Under the pieces are notes generated by a model. That model was not told where the DNA came from and searched no databases. It was given only the letters and a program-made list of their open reading frames with translations. From the IMG/VR virus record IMGVR_UViG_3300027797_000064, positions 1 through 36,720 of that record: a DNA stretch of 36,720 nucleotides; one strand, written 5' to 3'. Below, one piece after another: positions 26,101-31,964 of this stretch; within the stretch, counting starts at the first letter, position 1, and each line of letters opens with the position of its first letter. The DNA is from a virus (lineage: Duplodnaviria; Caudoviricetes). The position numbers and the translations under genes are program-made.

Positions 26101-28971
26101 CCTTTGTACTACACCATTAGGCTAGACCTTGTTCCAGCGCCAACTAAATCCCTAAAGCACGCGGATCACGACCAGTCCGACCACGGGAGTTGGGCTGAGA
26201 ATCGTGAGCAGATTGAAAAGGAAGATGCAGAGCGAGCAAAAAACGATCCGTGGAGGGATTCGCCAGTTTCCCGCAGCGACGCTTACGCCTCCATGGCTCA
26301 TTACGCCGACTTTGGCTACATCCCAATTAACCGATTCTTAAGAGGCTCTGACGGAGACAGACCATTCTCTACCAAGGACAAGATTCTTCAAGATGTAAAG
26401 AACATAGATGCCATGTTCACTGTGGCTACGCCGTTAGAAGAAGACCTGAAAGTGTTTCGCGGCGTGTCTTATGAACAGGGGTCTGAGATGATTGCTGGGA
26501 GAATCTTTACTGACGCTGGGTACACCTCAACATCAAGAAACGCCATTACGCCGTTCGGCTTTATGGACGAAACAGCGGGTCGCCAGTACATGATGGAAAT
26601 AACAGTGCCAGCGGGGTCAAAAGTCGCTCAGGTTGAGTTGTCTAATGAGGCAGAAACTCTTCTACCTAGGGGTTCGCAATTTATGATTACTGGACTTCGC
26701 AATGATGGGATAACAATTGTTGAAGCCACGCTAATTAACAGTCTTAAGTCTTACAAGCACGCCGACCATGATCAGTCCGATCACGGAAGTTGGGCGGATG
26801 GCGAGCCAGCAGAAGGCAAGTTTAACGAAGCCGAAAATGGCGCAATTACAATCTACACAGACCAAGGTCACATGGACATCAACGGATACCTTCGCACTGG
26901 ATACCTTCGCGCCAGCAATTACGGCGGATCAGACGATGTAGTGAGATGGATAGAAAATCTAGACGCTGCTATTGAGTCCGCAGGTCCGACGCGAAGAGAC
27001 ATGACAATCTTCCGAGGCGTTTCCGAAAGGCATCTTCAAGAGTTGATTGACGGAGGGGTTCTAAAAGACCCGGGATTCGCGTCCTTTACAAAAGATGGGG
27101 AAATTGCTTCTTCCTTTGCTCGCGGCGTTTCAATGGGCTATAGCAGGACAGACGGCGCAGTTCTTGAGTTGGACCTCCCCGCTGGCTCGGCTGCTCTAGA
27201 CATGTTTGATGCTGGTATCCCAAACGAGCAGGAGGTGTTGCTTCCAAGAGACAGCAGGTTTGAGTTGATTAGCGGACCAGAAGAATTGGATTTAAGCAAT
27301 GAAGAGCAGGATGAGAACAATACAGTGCCTGTCTACCAAATCCGCCTCGTTTCGCCAGCGAAATCTTACAAGCACGCCGACCATGATCAGTCCGACCACG
27401 GTAACTGGGCGACTGGCGGCGGAGTCCTTACAAGGAACGCAGAGAGGTTTAAAGCGGCTGGAGGAACAATTGACAAGCCCGTTAAGGCAACTGACAGTCC
27501 AAGGTCTGACTATGCCACCCCCACTGGTTTATACGGCGGCGGATCGGGCGTTAGAGCAGTTATCTGGCATTGGGATGACCTTGTTAACAAAGCCGTAGCG
27601 GCAGATGATGCGCGAACAAAAGCAGAAGAAGCCAACATGAATTTGTGGGAGACGACCAAACTAGACATTGAAAGCCCAGAGTACGAAAAGGAATCGGACA
27701 AGTTTCAAAAGGCGTTTGAAGAAGCGGACAGATTGGCGCTTGGGTACAAATTGACCGTAGACGCAATTACCAGCACGCCATTTAACGAAGTGATTGTTGC
27801 TAGGGGCGCGGACGGAAGCATTGTTGGCGCTCTTGCCTACTACATGCCACCAGACAACAGCCAATTTACGGTTCAGTTGCTGGGAAGCACCCACGAAGTT
27901 TCTGGCACAGGCACGGCGCTCATGCGCGAGGCAATGGGGATTGCCCTAGACAAGGGAGTTCCATTTCAAGTGTTAGACCCAGTTAAAGACGCTCAGTCAT
28001 GGTACGAAAGCCTTGGGCTTGGTCCGTTGCAGATGTCTGACGGGGATGTTTACCACGCATCCAAGCCGCTGTACCGAGTTGAGCCAGATGCCCTACGGGA
28101 GATTCTTGGCACAACCAAGTCTCTTAAGCACGGCGATCACGACCAGTCCGACCACGGCAACTGGGCTACTGGGTCAGAGTTTAGGAGTCCATCCTCCGAA
28201 GACCGAGGTAGAACTCCGAAGGGATCGGCAACTTCAACTCCCTATGCGGCTCATTATTACGACACTCAGCAGCGGCAGCGCCTAGACATGGCTTTAGACG
28301 CATACACGCATTGGAAGCCAGAGAACAGCGGAGACACAGAAGCGGACCGCCCATTCCATGCCGTGCTTAACGAGAATTTGAGAAACGGCATGAATCGCGG
28401 CAAGGCAGTTGAGGCGGCATCGGCGGAGTTTGCAACAGGCGACGAGAAGGACGACGAAGCAACTGCCAATGACCTTTACGAAGGCTTTATGTCTCTGGAT
28501 TCGGCAACGCAGAACAGCAGGATGATGGAAGACACGGTAGTAACACGGGCATCCTCGCCAATTATTTACCTAGACGAGTTAGAGGCAGCAGCCGCTGGCG
28601 GCAGCCTAAACCTGTACGGCTTTGACATTAGCCAAGGGGCGGTGTTCTCAGACGCTGGCTTTGTCAGTACATCCCTAGACACAACGGGGCAGTCCACCCA
28701 ATACTTTGCCAACCGATGGGATACCGAGGGGCTAGACGACAACCAAATCCCTACCAGCGTCCGTTGGAACATTACAGTGCCAGAGGGCGCTCCCGCGCTA
28801 GACCTACGCGCCCTTGAGTTCGGCAGCCAGCACGGGGAGCAAGAGGTCATCTTGCCTCGCAACACGCATTTCCAAGTAGATAGTTGGGATGTGCAACTCC
28901 CTAAATTTGAAGGCAGACCAGCCTCAGTCACCATTAACGCCACGGTCATCCCAACGCACGCAAAGCCATAA
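23137..28971 (+). CDS. 1944-aa polyvalent protein: ParB/Srx-like domain, six VIP2/Alt-like ADP-ribosyltransferase domains and a GNAT-like domain, each preceded by the tag
   Basis: IVDGHHRWAA (module 1); R...S(T/F)x...ExE motifs in modules 2-6 and 8; IVGAL...GTGTALM...WYESLG (module 7). GAGGAGG SD before TTG 23137; alternative ATG at 23158. Confidence 0.9.
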   Translation: MTTDNQEMFECVIPLPDALIRKPMGEPSKSVKHGDHDQSDHGNWADGSGDGSKDNPIRTNSVEDAARALGEGKHVELRTPDQVATLLDRLNELAKEAEAAGSKAKNIDLCQLTVPGTNLFCVESKGIPRVEMPQLKGIPNSGSPASDLPADKRGEVDITEAYLERLRSSGVALTEDEALASHLKATQNELNGGKVAGIMQAARAGEIDLNQSIVVSKDGYIVDGHHRWAAKVALEHDGIDDPETDMKIPVVRVDQDILEILESSKQFAADMGLPQMAVKSLKHGDHDQSDHGSWAHGGGFDKITAAERKDFNKTVAAALNDLIEKNDKAEEGNKVVNWAVADRHGWSNEDVAVLRMYTGQGANDINESLRGDYPKQGIHTIYEQAAMTETLDRMLASGGKLPQDMMVYRGMSFEDEKAAGDVLGQWKPGQVWTDPGFGSTSVHRNTAQAFANGFLAGGGETQVLWEISAPKGNSGFPMWNLFTHPAEQEGEILFPRDAHYRIDSVESKSGNPDGFAKQIVTIKATMLADNSVKSMKHGDHDQSDHGNWATGGADHQYTGKPRSAASRARMGEHTDRYGDPERRESGRRSGSRNLGREVTYMEIVALESYKGGGYGEINRFLRGTQEGDDWTKDRIDAVKSLALPTTEPMTVTRMMPLFAVEGIAAGQIYEDKGFMSTGKGDRPAQFFHGYPVQMQIEVPAGTPVVDFDNFTGLDGWGNIEREVTLMPNSQLIIDRVEQRNWNRDFGPTETDGLKIYARLVPPTKSVKHADHDQSDHGSWADGSVPIAKTPIEQVDSLRQWSSNSYNMVNGALRNPDTLGAQERGGVREMYQKTQDGLDRLFAGVPKTTEEMTVYRGATGDWVKDLVDRYEAMIEKGRVGYRETGEVPQFSRHRFTDQGFTSTTPDRDIALRFSGTGLSGGGYYTGEGRAIFEINIPEGSSVVNVEEFANEFGGFATFAAEEKEYLLPRGSTFEVADVTPSEEQFGSQGPLYYTIRLDLVPAPTKSLKHADHDQSDHGSWAENREQIEKEDAERAKNDPWRDSPVSRSDAYASMAHYADFGYIPINRFLRGSDGDRPFSTKDKILQDVKNIDAMFTVATPLEEDLKVFRGVSYEQGSEMIAGRIFTDAGYTSTSRNAITPFGFMDETAGRQYMMEITVPAGSKVAQVELSNEAETLLPRGSQFMITGLRNDGITIVEATLINSLKSYKHADHDQSDHGSWADGEPAEGKFNEAENGAITIYTDQGHMDINGYLRTGYLRASNYGGSDDVVRWIENLDAAIESAGPTRRDMTIFRGVSERHLQELIDGGVLKDPGFASFTKDGEIASSFARGVSMGYSRTDGAVLELDLPAGSAALDMFDAGIPNEQEVLLPRDSRFELISGPEELDLSNEEQDENNTVPVYQIRLVSPAKSYKHADHDQSDHGNWATGGGVLTRNAERFKAAGGTIDKPVKATDSPRSDYATPTGLYGGGSGVRAVIWHWDDLVNKAVAADDARTKAEEANMNLWETTKLDIESPEYEKESDKFQKAFEEADRLALGYKLTVDAITSTPFNEVIVARGADGSIVGALAYYMPPDNSQFTVQLLGSTHEVSGTGTALMREAMGIALDKGVPFQVLDPVKDAQSWYESLGLGPLQMSDGDVYHASKPLYRVEPDALREILGTTKSLKHGDHDQSDHGNWATGSEFRSPSSEDRGRTPKGSATSTPYAAHYYDTQQRQRLDMALDAYTHWKPENSGDTEADRPFHAVLNENLRNGMNRGKAVEAASAEFATGDEKDDEATANDLYEGFMSLDSATQNSRMMEDTVVTRASSPIIYLDELEAAAAGGSLNLYGFDISQGAVFSDAGFVSTSLDTTGQSTQYFANRWDTEGLDDNQIPTSVRWNITVPEGAPALDLRALEFGSQHGEQEVILPRNTHFQVDSWDVQLPKFEGRPASVTINATVIPTHAKP

Positions 28972-28985
28972 GGTAGACTTCAGCC

Positions 28986-29426
28986 ATGGCATTTGTAGAC
29001 TCCAGTATCGCCGCCGCAGTAGCCGCACGGGTAGCCACCGTAACGGTCGCCTCCACCGTTGCCGCTATTCGTGGGGCTACTGCGGCTCCCCCCGACAAGT
29101 TGCAGGTTCTGCCCTATGCGGTAGTCCTGCCGAGTTCAGATCGGGTTGAGCATTACGCCTCCGCGCGCAAGGTGACCTGCTCATTTACGGTTCGTCTGTA
29201 CCTTGGCAGCCCGCAAGACTTTGCCCGCCGATTCCCCGCCCTCCACACCTATCGGACGGCGCTCCGAGACATCTTTGTGGGCGATGTAACCCTCGGCGGT
29301 CTGGTAGACTTGGCGACGGTTGATTCCACACGCATCGGTGCAGACATGTATGCTGGGGATGAGTTCGTGACAGTGGAAGCCACGGTTACCTGTGTGAAAG
29401 GGGAAAGTCTTGATTATCAAGCCTGA
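28986..29426 (+). CDS. Tail terminator/completion-like protein
   Basis: LPYAVV and DVTLGGLV patterns; size and position upstream of the tail tube gene. Confidence 0.6.
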   Translation: MAFVDSSIAAAVAARVATVTVASTVAAIRGATAAPPDKLQVLPYAVVLPSSDRVEHYASARKVTCSFTVRLYLGSPQDFARRFPALHTYRTALRDIFVGDVTLGGLVDLATVDSTRIGADMYAGDEFVTVEATVTCVKGESLDYQA

Positions 29427-29631
29427 GACTACTGAGAGCGCAACGATTACGGTGGTGCTGGTAAAGCCCCTTGCCGACGGCGCAGTTATCCCCGGGATCA
29501 AGGCGGACGGAAGCGCATCTGAAGTTGATCGGGTGTATGCTGCTCCGTACCTGAAGGCTGGGCTTATCAAGGAGTTCGTGGCAACCGAAGCGCCGCGAGT
29601 TGCCAAAGCCGCTTCGGAAGTAGAGGAGTAA
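29410..29631 (+). CDS. Small hypothetical virion-region protein
   Basis: Fills the gap before the tail tube gene; start uncertain. Confidence 0.55.
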   Translation: MIIKPETTESATITVVLVKPLADGAVIPGIKADGSASEVDRVYAAPYLKAGLIKEFVATEAPRVAKAASEVEE

Positions 29632-29634
29632 GAC

Positions 29635-30660
29635 ATGCCAGTCTCAACAGCAGGTAACATTCTATTTACCAAGGCAGTTGCCTTTGGTGAGACAACCTAC
29701 GGCACATCCCCAACCCTTACTTCGGGTGGGCGACGACTTGTTGTTGGTCCTACTGGCATCATTAACCCCGGCACTAACATTGAACTTGGCGAAGACCGAG
29801 CAGTTGCTCTCCGCAACCCAATCCTCGGCACGACCGCAGTTGTGGTCTCTCAGGAGCCAACGATCAGCCTTGATGCCCCTAGCCTTTCGCTAGAAGATTG
29901 GGTGTTCTACCTTCAGGGTATTAAGGCAGTATCGCCAACGGGCGCTGCAAACCCATACACATGGACCTACGACATCAGCATGACCGCCAGCAACAGCCCA
30001 AAGTCCTACTCCCTTGTGGTGACAGACGGCGCACAGGCGTTCCTGACTAACTACAGCATGCTGACCAGCCTGAGCATCTCGGCAGACCGAAACGGCTCTA
30101 CGACCGCGCGAGCGGAGTTCTTTGCCCAGACGCTTGCAAAGGACAGCACGACGCTTGCGGACACCGTTCAGTCCTCCGTCACCTACATGCCGGGTCGCCT
30201 CTGGAAGCCGTACTTCCACACCTCGTTCCCAACAGTCACACAGGGTACGGCGTATTCGTACTTGCTTGACTGGTCACTGGACATCACCCCCGGCAATGCC
30301 CGACAGGCGTACCAGAGCGGCACGCTTACGATGGCAACCCATGCTGAGTCCGAGCCGTTTATGGGTCAGATTTCTCTGACCGTTTCGGCTAACGCTGCTG
30401 CAATCACGGAACTCTACGACGCATACCAGAGCGCATCAGTCAAGTATCTTCGCCTTGAGTGGACAAACGGCTTGGCATCAACCGCGCTCCGCAGCGCAAA
30501 CATCTGCCTCGCGTTCATTCCTACAGAAGTGACACCGATTGCTAATGCCGAAGACGGTCTTACGACCGTCACGGTGCAGGGTCAGTTGGTTACGGATGTT
30601 GCAGGGGCATCAAAGACCCTGCTCATTGAGTTGAAGAACGGGCTGTCAACAGCGCCGTAA
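29635..30660 (+). CDS. Major tail tube protein
   Basis: GETTYGT N-terminal pattern, Thr/Ser-rich, 341 aa, upstream of chaperone and tape measure; GAGGAG SD. Confidence 0.8.
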   Translation: MPVSTAGNILFTKAVAFGETTYGTSPTLTSGGRRLVVGPTGIINPGTNIELGEDRAVALRNPILGTTAVVVSQEPTISLDAPSLSLEDWVFYLQGIKAVSPTGAANPYTWTYDISMTASNSPKSYSLVVTDGAQAFLTNYSMLTSLSISADRNGSTTARAEFFAQTLAKDSTTLADTVQSSVTYMPGRLWKPYFHTSFPTVTQGTAYSYLLDWSLDITPGNARQAYQSGTLTMATHAESEPFMGQISLTVSANAAAITELYDAYQSASVKYLRLEWTNGLASTALRSANICLAFIPTEVTPIANAEDGLTTVTVQGQLVTDVAGASKTLLIELKNGLSTAP

Positions 30661-30680
30661 GTAGTAGATAGGAGGGCATA

Positions 30681-31025
30681 ATGACCGACGAAGCAACACC
30701 AGCAGTTGTAGCCGCCCCAGAGCCAGTGGCAGAGGTTGCCCCAACGCCTATTGCAATCACCAAAGAGATTCAGTTGCGCGCCCCGTTTGAGGGCTGGAAG
30801 GCAATCATGCAGGTACGGCGAGTTCCTGCGCGCGTGCTTATTGACCTTCAGTCACCAATCTTTGACAAGCAGTTGGGTACGGTTGCCAAACTGGTCAAGA
30901 GCCACAACTTTACCGACCCAGAAACTGGCGAGCACTACGCAGATGTGCTTGACGCGCCGATTGAGGCGCTGACCCAGTTGATGGAACTATGGGGAGAAGC
31001 GGTAAGCAGCATCCCCCCTATGTGA
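30681..31025 (+). CDS. Tail assembly chaperone (gpG-like)
   Basis: Follows the tail tube gene; ends at slippery C-CCC-CCT. Confidence 0.75.
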   Translation: MTDEATPAVVAAPEPVAEVAPTPIAITKEIQLRAPFEGWKAIMQVRRVPARVLIDLQSPIFDKQLGTVAKLVKSHNFTDPETGEHYADVLDAPIEALTQLMELWGEAVSSIPPM

Positions 31026-31225
31026 GGACGGCGGCTGCCCGCCTGAGCGTGGGGCATTCAGCCGTCCTACCCGCTGAACTCATCTTCTACACCGTAGGAA
31101 AAGAATTCGGCGTGCTGCCTTGGAAGTTGCTCAAAGAGGACGCAGCAGATGTCATGGCGACATACGCTATCCTTAGAGAGATGCAACCCAAGCCTCAGCC
31201 GAAGGGAAAAAAGCGTGGTATTTAG
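31013..31225 (+). CDS. -1 frameshift extension of the tail chaperone (gpGT-like)
   Basis: The -1 frame is open (PYVRTAAARL...FGVLPWKL...) and a hairpin follows the slippery site. Confidence 0.7.
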   Translation, partial: PPYVRTAAARLSVGHSAVLPAELIFYTVGKEFGVLPWKLLKEDAADVMATYAILREMQPKPQPKGKKRGI

Positions 31226-31961
31226 CCTATTTGGCTCCAAGAACAAGGCGATCTCCCTAAGCATTGAGGACGATGTGCTTGGGGTAATTGACCGCCTACG
31301 GCTTCAGTTGGCTGCTGGCTTTGAAGAGCAAGCCATGCAGCAGTTCATTGGCTACGCCGCCCTAGAGGGCGCTAAGTTTCTGGAGCCACACATGGAGGCG
31401 GCTGCCCCAGTTGGCTCTGCCGCAGAGGGAGACCCGCACCCGGGGCGCTTGCGAGACTCTATTGTCTCCCGCATGGGCAAGTACAAGAAGCCATCCGCCA
31501 TCGTTGGTATCTTCCCCGGGCGCAACCGCAAGGACATGACTGGCGCGTACTACGGTCGCGCAGTTGTGTCGGGAACTGGCACAGAGTGGTCGCGTAAGGG
31601 CGCAATCTCCGCGCGCGCGCAACTCCGAGCGCGCTGGAAGGCTCAGGACAAGCGCATGGGAATGACCTTTAACAACATTACAAAGAGGCGCAGGGCTGCC
31701 GTATACAACCAGCGCCTAGAAGAACTTGGTCTTCTTCAGACCTACACCCGATCCGCATTGCCGAGTCGCCCCTTTGTTCGTGAGGTATCCAAGGACTTTA
31801 GGAGCGAGGTTGCCGATGTGGTCAGGGGTGCGCTGACGGAACTCATTAACAACAAGGCGCTTCAGGCTACAGTTGGCGCTATTGCGATTACTGCTAAGGG
31901 CGACAAGAAACTAATTCGCTCGCAGTCCGCGTATGCCAAGCGCGTAGGAATGGTGGAGTAA
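31215..31961 (+). CDS. HK97 gp10-like tail completion protein (start uncertain)
   Basis: AAPVG...PGRLRDSI...RPFV; basic composition. Confidence 0.6.
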   Translation: MVFSLFGSKNKAISLSIEDDVLGVIDRLRLQLAAGFEEQAMQQFIGYAALEGAKFLEPHMEAAAPVGSAAEGDPHPGRLRDSIVSRMGKYKKPSAIVGIFPGRNRKDMTGAYYGRAVVSGTGTEWSRKGAISARAQLRARWKAQDKRMGMTFNNITKRRRAAVYNQRLEELGLLQTYTRSALPSRPFVREVSKDFRSEVADVVRGALTELINNKALQATVGAIAITAKGDKKLIRSQSAYAKRVGMVE

Positions 31962-31964
31962 GAC

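Larger units (their letters stand above)
18258..28167 (+). repeat. Dispersed in-frame 42-nt/14-aa repeat KH[GA]DH[DN]Q[SE][DE]HG[NS]WA, 12 copies
   Basis: Starts at 18258, 18810, 19428, 22413, 23230, 23980, 24742, 25435, 26155, 26755, 27370, 28126. Confidence 0.97.

Noticed and set aside
18258-28167. The 12 dispersed repeats as a CRISPR array or integron-like sites
   Set aside because: Spacing is ~550-3000 bp, copies are in frame and vary mostly at synonymous positions, they are not palindromic, and no cas operon or integrase is present. The constraint is on the protein.
23137-28971. Inteins or a diversity-generating retroelement as the explanation for the modular protein
   Set aside because: No C/S...HN intein termini at the junctions, no reverse transcriptase, and no repeat pair differing only at adenines.
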